DNA of 64,000 bases from the NCBI GenBank assembly GCA_018432315.1, contig JAHDLB010000022.1:12247-76246 (forward strand), given 5' to 3'. Both the position numbers and the translations under genes were made by a program. Of this stretch, positions 54,763-63,827 are shown in pieces. The notes under the pieces were generated by a model. It was not told the origin of the DNA, made no database searches, and was given only the letters and a program-made list of their open reading frames with translations. The first letter of the stretch is position 1. Each line of letters starts with the position of its first letter. This stretch comes from Anaerolineae bacterium (GTDB taxonomy: Bacteria; Chloroflexota; Anaerolineae; Aggregatilineales; Aggregatilineaceae).

Positions 54763-55389
54763 TCATCCATCACCACGCAGCAGTCCCCGCCGCACGGCTT
54801 CGGCCACAATCTGCTCGTTGGTGTCCACTTCCAGAATTTCACGCAGGCGCTTGCGGGCGTTATACACCGCCCGGTCGGTGATGCTTAACTCTTGCGCTAT
54901 TTCCTGGACATGACACCCGCGCGCCATCAAGTGCAGCACCTGGTCGAGACGTGGGGTAAGTACCAGAGAGGGTTCGAGGCGCCCCGCGATCAGCGCGGCA
55001 GATGGAGAAAGATAGACCTGCCCGGCGTGCGCGTGCCGGATACCCACTACCAGCATATCCTGCACCGGCTCATTCTTGCATACGACGCCCAGCGCACCCG
55101 CTCCGATCACGCGGTGAATATCGTGCGCCGACATCTGAGAACCGAGGATCAGAACGGCGGCGTTGGGACATTGTTCCTGTACGGTTTCGTAAGCCTGGAC
55201 GATATCTGTGTCCGGCAGCGAGTCATCCAGCAGGACCACGTCTGTGCGTTGAGCGGCAGCAGACCGGCAGAATGAAGAAACATCGGAGTACCCACCCAGA
55301 AAGGTGATGTGCGGGACGTCGCCCAGCGACTGCCGGACCCCCAAACGGATAATGTCCTGATCATCCACGATAACCACGTTGATACCCAA
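54763..55389 (-). CDS. NarL/LuxR-family response regulator
   Basis: Receiver domain (VVIVDDQD, VVLLDDSLPD, ILGS, VVCK) plus a LuxR HTH (EIAQELSITDRAVYNARKRLREIL). Confidence 0.75.
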   Translation of the reverse strand: MGINVVIVDDQDIIRLGVRQSLGDVPHITFLGGYSDVSSFCRSAAAQRTDVVLLDDSLPDTDIVQAYETVQEQCPNAAVLILGSQMSAHDIHRVIGAGALGVVCKNEPVQDMLVVGIRHAHAGQVYLSPSAALIAGRLEPSLVLTPRLDQVLHLMARGCHVQEIAQELSITDRAVYNARKRLREILEVDTNEQIVAEAVRRGLLRGDG

Positions 55390-55542
55390 CCAACCCTTCC
55401 TTTCGAAGAAGGCCCCCGCCTGCTACAGGGTTGAAATCAGCGGTGTAGATGGTGGCCTATGCAGTTGTTTATAAAACTACCTGACCCTTCATGGTGTGCG
55501 ACTTGCTAACACATAGCCTGTATTATAATTAAAATCTATAGT

Positions 55543-55569
55543 TTGCGAAAGATGATGATATGGTACAAT
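55543..55569 (+). promoter_or_regulatory. Sigma-70-like promoter candidate for the XRE/ImmA-like operon
   Basis: TTGCGA is followed after 15 nt by TACAAT with an extended TGG prefix (TGGTACAAT). It lies in an A/T-rich divergent intergenic region 68 nt upstream of ATG 55637. Confidence 0.35.
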
Positions 55570-55636
55570 TATCCTAATTGAGCCGCCTGTCTTTCCGGTT
55601 ATCATCAAGTGGTGCCGGTGAACAAAGGGGAATATC

Positions 55637-56083
55637 ATGAGTAAAGAACCAGAACCACTTCCACTCAAAGACCTGATCAACTTCCTGTTTGAGCATGTTA
55701 AGCACCCCGAAGGGCGACCCTACATCACCCAGGAAGTGGCGGACCAGGTCCGCATCAGCCATGCCACCATCAACCAACTGCGCACAGGCAGAAACAAGAA
55801 TCCCACGGTGCCCACGCTGCAAGAAATCGCCGGATTTTTCGGCGTGCCGTTGAACTTCTTTGACTGTTCGACGTTTGACGAGTGTTATGCCGTGTTGTCC
55901 GGCCAGCGCCCGGAGGACTTACCCGGCACAATTGCCGAGATCGCGTTCCGGGCTTCCGGACTCTCCGCGAAATCCCAGGAGGATATTCTGAAGATCATCA
56001 CCTGGGTGGAAGCTGCCGAACGCGAACGCAAGGCGGGCCGTGCCATGCCGGCCTTTCCCGATGACCTTGATGCAGAACCGTAG
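55637..56083 (+). CDS. XRE-family helix-turn-helix regulator
   Basis: 148 aa. ITQEVADQVRISHATINQLRTGRNKNPTVPTLQEIAGFFGV is a Cro/CI-type HTH. Confidence 0.7.
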   Translation: MSKEPEPLPLKDLINFLFEHVKHPEGRPYITQEVADQVRISHATINQLRTGRNKNPTVPTLQEIAGFFGVPLNFFDCSTFDECYAVLSGQRPEDLPGTIAEIAFRASGLSAKSQEDILKIITWVEAAERERKAGRAMPAFPDDLDAEP

Positions 56084-56173
56084 TCGCTAACCACCGCTTT
56101 CTCAACGGTCGTCTTGCAGCGTCATATTTTCCCATTGTCATGATTTGCGCCTGCGGCCAAACCGGTTACAGTT

Positions 56174-56770
56174 GTGAACTTTGACACGGATCGGGACTCA
56201 TGCGCCTGGTCCGGGACCGGTCTGGTGGAGATCGCGGGGAGTACACACATGACCGACGGTGAAGCACGGGTGCAGGCCGCTGTAGACGGGTTGGGTTACG
56301 ACTTCAGGCAGTTCACCGTACCACACTTCGTCAAACACCTTGAGGCGCTTCGCACGCGCGATATCATCCTGCACGGCGTCGCTTTTGATCAGGGACTACA
56401 CGGGTTCTGGGTGCAGGCAGAGACCGCCGACTACGTGTTTTTTAACCGGCGCACGCACGAAGTCCACCAGGCACATCACATCCTGCACGAGTTGGGACAC
56501 ATGATGTTGAGACACCAACTGCGTGACCTGGCCGCGTTCCTTCCACCGGAACTGATGGCCCATCTGCGCGCTTCGATTTCCGCTGCGCCCCAGGGTCACT
56601 GCCGGAGGTGGGATCCGCATGACACGCCGGAAGAACGCGAAGCCGAGCTGTTTGTACGCAGGTTGCAGCGCGAGATTTTGCTGGCCGGACGTCTGGCCGC
56701 GCTGACCCACCCGGACACCAGCATCGGCGCACTGGACCGGTTCACGCGGGGTTTGGGTTACGATGGTTGA
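56174..56770 (+). CDS. ImmA/IrrE-like zinc metallopeptidase
   Basis: It has the HExxH motif ILHELGHMMLRH and lies directly downstream of the XRE gene. An alternative start is ATG 56249, preceded by GGGGAG. Confidence 0.5.
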   Translation: MNFDTDRDSCAWSGTGLVEIAGSTHMTDGEARVQAAVDGLGYDFRQFTVPHFVKHLEALRTRDIILHGVAFDQGLHGFWVQAETADYVFFNRRTHEVHQAHHILHELGHMMLRHQLRDLAAFLPPELMAHLRASISAAPQGHCRRWDPHDTPEEREAELFVRRLQREILLAGRLAALTHPDTSIGALDRFTRGLGYDG

Positions 56771-57752
56771 GATCGTCCTGTGCAGTCTGGTATGGGGTTT
56801 TGTGTTGTACGGGATGTGGCGGGGCTATCGCCGTGCGCAGCGGATCGATCGCTACGTCCTCATCACCTGGACCATCTTCACATCACTGGGTGTGGTGTTC
56901 ACCCTGCGCATCCAAGCAGTCCAGCCCTTCATAGACGCGTATTTCCACGACTACCCGGTCACGTTCCTGGTTAGCCTGCTGGCGGTGCTGGCGGCGACTG
57001 CCGCTTACTCGTTGACCCTGCTGTGGCTGGTGCAGCGTTCGCCGGGCTTGTACCGTCTGCGGTGGTTCCACCTTCGTCTGATCCAGGCGACACTGGGTAT
57101 CACCGGTTCACTGCTGGGATTGATGGCAATGCACGTCGCCGGGTGTGTGTCTTCGTTCCGGGTTCAATACATGATGAAGTGGTTGGTTGAAGGATATGGA
57201 CTGCTGCAATCGGCGCTGGTGTTTGTGCCCATCAATGCGGCTATGTTCCGGCAGGAACGGGTCTTCCCGATGCGGGTCAAACATCTGGCGACGCTCGTGC
57301 TCACGACAACCTTTGCCATCAGCGCTGCATTTTCAGTGATATTCATCCCGCCGATTATCTTCACCAGCCACCCCAATCAGGGACCCTACGTCATCCCACG
57401 CGGCCTGATTGCGGCCCTTTGCCTGGTGATCATCCTGGTCCCGCATCGCTGGCTGGCGCTGCTGCTGCTTCCACCGCGACTGCGCCGCTATGCACGGTTG
57501 GCGGATACCGAACGACAGATTGAAAAGCTGGTGTCGATCCGGCGGGAAGCACCTGTCTGGTCGTTTGTGTTCGACCCGGAGGAAGTGGAGCTGGCGATCT
57601 ACGTCACAGTGATCAACATCCTGGACCACTACCGGCGCGTGGCCCTGGGCGATCCGCGCGGCTGTGAACTGGTCGCGCAGATTGACGCGCTGTGGCCGGA
57701 GTGTGCGGGTTATGACGAACTGGTGGAGGGCTTATGTCGCATCAGGCTGTGA
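56763..57752 (+). CDS. Polytopic membrane protein of unknown function
   Basis: 329 aa with at least 7 hydrophobic helices and a soluble C-terminal tail. It overlaps the peptidase gene by 8 nt. Confidence 0.55.
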   Translation: MVEIVLCSLVWGFVLYGMWRGYRRAQRIDRYVLITWTIFTSLGVVFTLRIQAVQPFIDAYFHDYPVTFLVSLLAVLAATAAYSLTLLWLVQRSPGLYRLRWFHLRLIQATLGITGSLLGLMAMHVAGCVSSFRVQYMMKWLVEGYGLLQSALVFVPINAAMFRQERVFPMRVKHLATLVLTTTFAISAAFSVIFIPPIIFTSHPNQGPYVIPRGLIAALCLVIILVPHRWLALLLLPPRLRRYARLADTERQIEKLVSIRREAPVWSFVFDPEEVELAIYVTVINILDHYRRVALGDPRGCELVAQIDALWPECAGYDELVEGLCRIRL

Positions 57753-58351
57753 TCGATCCGGTCCCGCACAACGGCAATCGCCTGGGATACTGGCTGGGTT
57801 TGATTTTCCATCCATTCACCGTTTTTATTCCGGCGCTTATCGTGGTGCTCAAGGACACTGAGCCGCTGGTGGCGGTGGGGTGGGTGGTGTTCATCGCTGT
57901 GATCATCCTGGTGCCAGCCCTGACGCTGATCCACCTCGCCAGGCGGAAAGGTCGTTACACTTACCAGCGTGGAATGCGGCACCCATTGTACCTGGTGTTT
58001 TGGGCGAGCATGGTGTTGTGTGTGGGTCTGGCCGTGACGCTGGATGCCCCGGAGCGGCTGGTGTTTTCGCTGCTGGCGCTGGTGGTCTGGGTGCCGCTGC
58101 AAGCTGTGATCAATGCCCGGCTGACAAAAATCTCCGCGCATACCGCAGTCGTCACCGGTATCCTCACCGCGCTGTTCCTGATGGGCGATCTGGATTCGCC
58201 ATTCTTAGTGGTAGGCGCAGTGAGTGTCGTGTGCGCTACGGCCTGGGCACGAGTCGTGACCGGCCACCACTCGGTCTCGCAGGTAAGCCTGGGGGTTGTA
58301 GTTAGCGCGGTATCGGTCGCCGCTGCGTTCGGGTTGGTGGCGCTATTTTAG
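57734..58351 (+). CDS. PAP2-like membrane phosphatase (tentative)
   Basis: 205 aa and polytopic. ISAHTAVVTG and ARVVTGHHSVSQVSLG resemble PAP2 motifs (PSGH; SRxxxxxHxxxD). Confidence 0.35.
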   Translation: MSHQAVIDPVPHNGNRLGYWLGLIFHPFTVFIPALIVVLKDTEPLVAVGWVVFIAVIILVPALTLIHLARRKGRYTYQRGMRHPLYLVFWASMVLCVGLAVTLDAPERLVFSLLALVVWVPLQAVINARLTKISAHTAVVTGILTALFLMGDLDSPFLVVGAVSVVCATAWARVVTGHHSVSQVSLGVVVSAVSVAAAFGLVALF

Positions 58352-58377
58352 GTGTTTTTACGTCGTCCGTTCCCTCG

Positions 58378-58474
58378 ATTGACCATCGCAACTTCCGATT
58401 TTCCACATTCAAACTTCCGAAATTGACCATACCGATGTGGAAAATTGCCCATCCCAACTTCCGAAATTGACCAT
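58378..58474. repeat. Direct and inverted repeats upstream of the DUF3987-like gene (operator candidate)
   Basis: AACTTCCGAAATTGACCAT is exact at 58412-58430 and 58456-58474. A partial copy ATTGACCAT-CGC-AACTTCCGATTTT lies at 58378-58402. An inverted repeat TTTTCCACAT / ATGTGGAAAA sits around 58399-58408 / 58434-58444. Confidence 0.6.
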
Positions 58475-58576
58475 GATCTGACGCCCGGCTCCTGGTACGC
58501 TTGATCCATCGGTCGATCAAGTGAAAGGAGTCTGTTATGACACCCCCACCATTATCCAGCCTGTGTTGGACGAGTT

Positions 58577-60208
58577 GTGGAGCCAGACGTCATGCATTCC
58601 CCCTTATCTGAAGTCAATCTTTCCCCACACGACACGTATGTGTTGGCCCGTGTTCTGGTTGGGCTGGAGTGGCGCGACCTGCCGTGCAGCCCGCTGACCC
58701 GCCTGCTCCTTTCCCATGTCGATATTTCCGTCCCGGATGACCTGGCCGCCCTGCGCCGGTTGCTCGGACCGGAGGGCTTGCGCATCATTCTCAGTATTGA
58801 CCCTGAAGTCCCTTTACCGGAGGACTACCAGCAACGTTCGAGTGATGTCAATACGGTACCCGACTTACCAGAGTCGGCGTGTTTGACACCCGATCAGCAG
58901 GAACAGGCCGCTGGAGTGGGGCAGTGGCTGGACCGGTATGTGGCCTGGGCCAGCACGGCTGCGAATGAAACCCCGCTGCGGTTTCACGAAGGCGCGGGCC
59001 TGTGGCTGGCGGCGCTGGCGATTGGCCGCCGGTTGTTCATTCACACTCCCTGGCGGCAGCGTGTATTTCCGAACCTGTACATCATGTCGGTGGCGGTCTC
59101 GACCTACTACCGCAAGTCTGCCGGGCTGAATCTCGCCAACGACGTGGCGCGCGCCGCCATGCCACACATGATTCTCCCTCAGCCGGGGTCGCCCGAAGCG
59201 TTCATGAGTATGTTGGGCGGGGTGCTGCCGCCCAACTTCGAAGACATCGCCTACCGCGACCGCGAGCGTTTGGTCAAGGGTAATCGTTATGCAGCCCAAC
59301 GCGGTATCCTGCGCGATGAATTATCGGCGTTGTTCAAGTCGTTTGGCCGGGATTACATGTCGGGCATGAAGGAGCTGCTGATGCAGCTCTACGACTGCCC
59401 GGACTATCTCGATTCCAACACCAACAACCGGGGATTGGTAGTCATTCGTGATGCGGCGCTGTCCATCCTGGGCGCAGCTACTCCGGCAGAGTTGTCCGTC
59501 TCACTCAGCCATAACGACTGGCACAACGGGACGCTGGCACGCTTTGTGTTGCTCACACCGGAGCCGGACTACGCCGAGCGTATCGCCGCGCGTGACACAA
59601 CCATGCCGCAGGACCTGGTGCGGCTGCTGCGCCAGTTACACGAGACGCTGCCCGCGCCACCGGAGCCGCAGGCCATCGGCGACAAGCAGCCTGCCATCGA
59701 CCCTTGGTCGTTGGTCGCGACAGACCTGTGGGAGCCGCTGCACGCCTACGAGCGCGTGCTGCGTGAGATGACCGCGCCGAGTTCGCCGCTGGATGACCGC
59801 CTGCGCACGGTCTACGGGCGGCTGCACGTCCAGGCGTTGAAGGTATCCATCATCCTGGCGGCGCTGGACTGGATCACGCTGGACGAGCGGCGGCAGAGCA
59901 AGCCGGTCGTGCGCGCGGCCCACTGGTACCGGGCGCAGCAGATTGTCGAAACCTGGCGGGCATCCGCGCACCGCCTCTTGCATGACCTGGGGGAGAGCGA
60001 AGAAGCCCGCCTCGAAACCCGCATCATCAAGCTGTTGTCATCCAATACAAACGGTTTATCGGTCCGCGACGTCTACCGCGCGCTGCGCTCGCCGCGCAAG
60101 CCGGTGATGGAAGCGCTCAAGGCGCTGGAGCAGGACGGGCAGGTAGTTCCCGAAATCATCCAGAGCGGCGACCGGGGCCGCCCGTCGGAACGTTACCGGC
60201 TGGTCTGA
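58577..60208 (+). CDS. DUF3987-like protein (replication/helicase-loader-like) with a C-terminal winged helix
   Basis: 543 aa. GILRDELSALF...LMQLYDCPDYL...VIRDAALSILGA...NGTLARFVLLTPE resembles the DUF3987 pattern as I remember it. The C-terminal VRDVYRALRSPRKPVMEALKALEQDGQVV is wHTH-like. Confidence 0.4.
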   Translation: MEPDVMHSPLSEVNLSPHDTYVLARVLVGLEWRDLPCSPLTRLLLSHVDISVPDDLAALRRLLGPEGLRIILSIDPEVPLPEDYQQRSSDVNTVPDLPESACLTPDQQEQAAGVGQWLDRYVAWASTAANETPLRFHEGAGLWLAALAIGRRLFIHTPWRQRVFPNLYIMSVAVSTYYRKSAGLNLANDVARAAMPHMILPQPGSPEAFMSMLGGVLPPNFEDIAYRDRERLVKGNRYAAQRGILRDELSALFKSFGRDYMSGMKELLMQLYDCPDYLDSNTNNRGLVVIRDAALSILGAATPAELSVSLSHNDWHNGTLARFVLLTPEPDYAERIAARDTTMPQDLVRLLRQLHETLPAPPEPQAIGDKQPAIDPWSLVATDLWEPLHAYERVLREMTAPSSPLDDRLRTVYGRLHVQALKVSIILAALDWITLDERRQSKPVVRAAHWYRAQQIVETWRASAHRLLHDLGESEEARLETRIIKLLSSNTNGLSVRDVYRALRSPRKPVMEALKALEQDGQVVPEIIQSGDRGRPSERYRLV

Positions 60209-60218
60209 ATACTGGCGC

Positions 60219-60347
60219 GTGACAAAAAAAGAATTCTGTCACGTGTCACACCGGCGTGACAAAAATCGCCGGACGCCGATTTTGAGGGAAAAGAATTTTG
60301 TCACGCACCTGTGACAATAAAGGAATTTTGTCACGTGTCACGTGTCA
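60219..60347. repeat. Array of TGTCAC/GTGACA boxes upstream of the primase gene (operator or origin candidate)
   Basis: (G)GAATT(C/T)TGTCACG occurs three times (60231, 60293, 60322). GTGACA occurs at 60219, 60256 and 60311. TGTCACGTGTCAC(GTGTCA) repeats are also present. Confidence 0.65.
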
Positions 60348-60381
60348 TATATGCGGGACAATAATGCAGAGGTGAAGTGAA

Positions 60382-61407
60382 GTGGTCGATACCAGGGTAT
60401 TAAAAGCGCAGGTGGACCTGCGGCGCATCGTCGAGCAGGACCTGGGACCGGCTCCCATGCGCGGCGGGCAGGCGCTGCTGTGGCGCTGTCCTTTTCACCA
60501 CGAACGCCAGGGCTACAGCCTGGCGGTGTGGGCGGACGGGTTTCGCTGCTTCGGCAAGTGCCAGGTCAGCGGCGACGCGCTCGACTGGCTGCAGTTGTAT
60601 CGCCACCTGAGCTTTCAGGAATCACTCCAGGCACTCGGCGAAGCGCCGCGCGCTGCGCCCGGTCTCGCGGCCAACCGTCCCACGCCCCCGGCGGAGCCGC
60701 CACCTCTCGAGTGGCAGGCTGCTGCCCGGCAGGTGGTGGAGGGGGCCGAAGAAACGTTGTGGTCCATTCGTGGAGAACAGGCGCTGGAATACCTGACCGG
60801 GCGCGGGCTGGAAGGTGAGGCCATCCTGAAAGCGCACCTCGGTGTCGTGCCGGGCGGATACCGGCGGTGGCGGACCATCGCCGGGCTGAACGTGCCGTGC
60901 GGCATCACCATCCCGTGGATCACCGGCGAAACGTTGTGGGCGGTGAAGGTGCGGCGCGCTGCCGGGCAGCCCAAATATGCCCAGATTGCCGGTGGCAGCA
61001 GCAGCGGTTTATATCGTGGTGATACGCTCCCGGATACGAAAGCCGTGCTGTTTTGCGAAGGTGAATTTGATGCCCTGCTGGCGCACCAGGAAGCGTCGGA
61101 CCTGGTCGCGGCAGTGTCGTTAGGCAGCGCCAGCAGCGGCCTGAGTGACCGGTGGATTATCGACCTGGTCACCGTGCCACTGATCCTGGTTGCCTATGAT
61201 GTTGATCCGGCAGGACTCAAAGGGGCAGCTCGCTTGCAAGCCTTATCCGACCGCGTGCATACCATTCAAGTGCCCAAAGGCAAAGACATTACCGAGTTTT
61301 TCAAGTTGAGTGAAGAAGGTGCTGTGTTCACCTGGTTGGCGCGCGAACTGCGCCAGGCGCGCCAGCGGGTGATGTTTACAGCTGCCGGACAACAAGAGGT
61401 GACCTGA
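60382..61407 (+). CDS. DnaG-type primase (CHC2 zinc finger plus TOPRIM)
   Basis: 341 aa with CPFHHERQGYSLAVWADGFRCFGKC (CHC2), TOPRIM VLFCEGEFDALL and VAYDVDPAG. Confidence 0.75.
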   Translation: MVDTRVLKAQVDLRRIVEQDLGPAPMRGGQALLWRCPFHHERQGYSLAVWADGFRCFGKCQVSGDALDWLQLYRHLSFQESLQALGEAPRAAPGLAANRPTPPAEPPPLEWQAAARQVVEGAEETLWSIRGEQALEYLTGRGLEGEAILKAHLGVVPGGYRRWRTIAGLNVPCGITIPWITGETLWAVKVRRAAGQPKYAQIAGGSSSGLYRGDTLPDTKAVLFCEGEFDALLAHQEASDLVAAVSLGSASSGLSDRWIIDLVTVPLILVAYDVDPAGLKGAARLQALSDRVHTIQVPKGKDITEFFKLSEEGAVFTWLARELRQARQRVMFTAAGQQEVT

Positions 61408-61628
61408 TGGCTGAGCCTGACAAATCTGTCAAACACAGGGTCTATTATCCGCCGGAACCGGCGGAAATCGAGGAAGCAGCCGCCCTGCTGCGGCAGAAAA
61501 TGGATCGCGACAGTGATTTTGAAGACGGATTTGGTGGCCTGTTGAAAGCCATTGCCAAAGCGTATGCCAACCATCTTAACCGAGAGAACGGCTCCGGAGT
61601 GCTTGACAATGACCACGAAACCGCGTAA
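61407..61628 (+). CDS. Small hypothetical protein
   Basis: 73-aa ORF whose start overlaps the primase stop (TGATG). Confidence 0.45.
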   Translation: MAEPDKSVKHRVYYPPEPAEIEEAAALLRQKMDRDSDFEDGFGGLLKAIAKAYANHLNRENGSGVLDNDHETA

Positions 61629-61790
61629 GCTACACGAAATCAAGGTGAGTACCGAGGTGTTGCAACCACCTCGGCACTCTGGACGATGCACTAGTGTAGG
61701 TAGCGCACCGACCGTATCAGACTCTAACGTGTCTGGTGGCGGCTCGCTACTGACTCGTATCTACCAACTGGACACGCAAGGAGTCTGAAG

Positions 61791-63827
61791 ATGTCCCCCA
61801 AGAAGAAAAAACGGTCTGATTCTGCCCCGGCGCAAGTAGCGTTGTGTTACGTGCGCCAATCGTTTACCCGTGACGAAACCGACAAAGACAGCCCGGAGCG
61901 GCAGCGCGCCAACATCGAGCGTGTCTGCCAGGAAAACGGCTGGACCCCGGAGTGGTATGAAGACGCAGAAGGGCATAAGTCCGCGCGTACCGTCAAAAAT
62001 CGTCCCGGCTGGCTGGCGCTGGAAAAGCGCCTGGGCAATGCCGATGTGGTGGCCCTGGTCGGTAACGATCTGGCCCGCCTGCACCGCAAGGGCTGGCGCG
62101 TTGGCGACCTGATTGACCGGCTTGAGAAACATGACATATCGTTGGTTTTGGCGGCTCCCAACCGCCAGGTCGATACCTCCACCCCGATGGGTCGCATTTT
62201 CATTCAGTTCGCAGCTATTTTCGATGAATACTATTCGGAAGATATCGCCGCAAGAGCGCGCGACAGCGTCCGATTTCGCAAAGGCAAGGGCATCACCATT
62301 GGGATGCCGCCCTTTGGCACCGAGCGTGATGCGGACGGCCACCTGGTGCCCAGTCCGGAAGGGGCCTGGCTGCTGCGCGATGGTCAATTTGTCGAAGGCG
62401 ATGATCCCGACGATCCCCCGGAAAATGCGTTGGTCTGGCGCAGTTACTACGAGTGTGCCGGGCACATCCTGACAATGTACGCCGATCTCAAAATTGGGGC
62501 GGACAAAATCGCTGAGAAGCTGAATGAACAGGGCTGGCCGTTTCGCGACCGTCAGAATGTGCCGCGACCGGTCAAACGAGATGACGTGCGGCGTGTGTTG
62601 GCTAACTGGATTGAATACGGTGGAGTGGTGATGGACCAGAAAGCCAAAGACCGCCCGGCGTATGCCGAGCCGGATTTTGACGATCTGTCGATCATGGAAG
62701 ACCGCACTGTCTTTCCCGTCAAACTGCTACAGAAGGTCGCCAAGCTGCGCAAGAAGCGGTCGTTTGTGCCGATTGACAACGGCATCAAACACAAGGACTA
62801 CCCGTATCCGTTATCGGGCATTATGCGCTGCGCACACTGTGCGCAGATGGCGCAGGACCAGGATGATCCCAGGCTCATCACGCGCCTGGGCGGTACGAAT
62901 ATGAATGATGTGTTGCGCTACCGGCATCAGGCTGGGGCGGCGTGTGGCACGACCAACAAGTCGGTGCGGTGTGACCTGGTCCACGAAGACTTTGGCCGAT
63001 TAATTGAACTCCTGACGATTGACGAAGAAGGTCAGGCGAATTTGCTTGAGCTATCAATGGAACTCGATATGGCCAAACGGGGAGGGGAGAATGGTGAAGA
63101 CCCCGAAGTCACGCGCCAGAAAGCGATTGCGCTCGCCAAGCGCAAGCTGGACGCGGCCATCCATTTGTACTCGGAAGGGTTGATTGCCCAGGATGAGTTC
63201 GTCCGGCGGCGCGAGTTCCTGGAACGCGAGATTTCCCACTGGGAATCCTGGACGACCGAATCCGAGCAGATGGCGTTGGAACTGGCGATGTGCATTGATG
63301 CGGTCGAAAAGCTGCATTTCATCTGGGAACAAAGCAACGACGAAGACCGGCAGGGTTTTGTGCGCAACCTGTTTGAGTGGGTCGAGTATGACCTGGATGC
63401 GCGCCGCATCACCAACTTCCGGCTCAAGTCCTGGGCTGACCGATTCATCATTCTACGTGGTGCGCTCTATGAAGAAGACAAACGGGATGGTCTGGGGGAT
63501 GATTCGGATGACGATGGCAGCCCATCTGAGGGGAAAAAAGAACTTGCTCCACCCTCTCAAGAGGTGAAGCAAGCTGTGCCCCATAGGGGCCTTGACGTCC
63601 CATCATTCCCCAAACTGCTGTTCGCGATGGTCTTCGCGACGGCTATCAGCTACTACGGCCAGGTATTGCCGCAGACGCCGGTTTCCAATTCAACGTCAGC
63701 CAAGTGCGCTCGAAATGCCGAGATTCGTGCTCGTTATAAGCTAGGAGAATCCAGAGCAACGTTAGCTGAGGTCTTCGGCATTTCCGAACAGCGGGTATGG
63801 CAGATTTTGAATGATCGCCGGAAGTGA
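61791..63827 (+). CDS. Large serine recombinase (integrase) with an extra C-terminal HTH
   Basis: 678 aa. The resolvase-type N-terminus VALCYVRQSFTRDETDKDSPERQR holds the catalytic Ser. It has a recombinase domain, a zinc-ribbon region (CAHCAQM...C), a coiled coil and a C-terminal ATLAEVFGISEQRVWQIL HTH. Confidence 0.8.
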   Translation: MSPKKKKRSDSAPAQVALCYVRQSFTRDETDKDSPERQRANIERVCQENGWTPEWYEDAEGHKSARTVKNRPGWLALEKRLGNADVVALVGNDLARLHRKGWRVGDLIDRLEKHDISLVLAAPNRQVDTSTPMGRIFIQFAAIFDEYYSEDIAARARDSVRFRKGKGITIGMPPFGTERDADGHLVPSPEGAWLLRDGQFVEGDDPDDPPENALVWRSYYECAGHILTMYADLKIGADKIAEKLNEQGWPFRDRQNVPRPVKRDDVRRVLANWIEYGGVVMDQKAKDRPAYAEPDFDDLSIMEDRTVFPVKLLQKVAKLRKKRSFVPIDNGIKHKDYPYPLSGIMRCAHCAQMAQDQDDPRLITRLGGTNMNDVLRYRHQAGAACGTTNKSVRCDLVHEDFGRLIELLTIDEEGQANLLELSMELDMAKRGGENGEDPEVTRQKAIALAKRKLDAAIHLYSEGLIAQDEFVRRREFLEREISHWESWTTESEQMALELAMCIDAVEKLHFIWEQSNDEDRQGFVRNLFEWVEYDLDARRITNFRLKSWADRFIILRGALYEEDKRDGLGDDSDDDGSPSEGKKELAPPSQEVKQAVPHRGLDVPSFPKLLFAMVFATAISYYGQVLPQTPVSNSTSAKCARNAEIRARYKLGESRATLAEVFGISEQRVWQILNDRRK

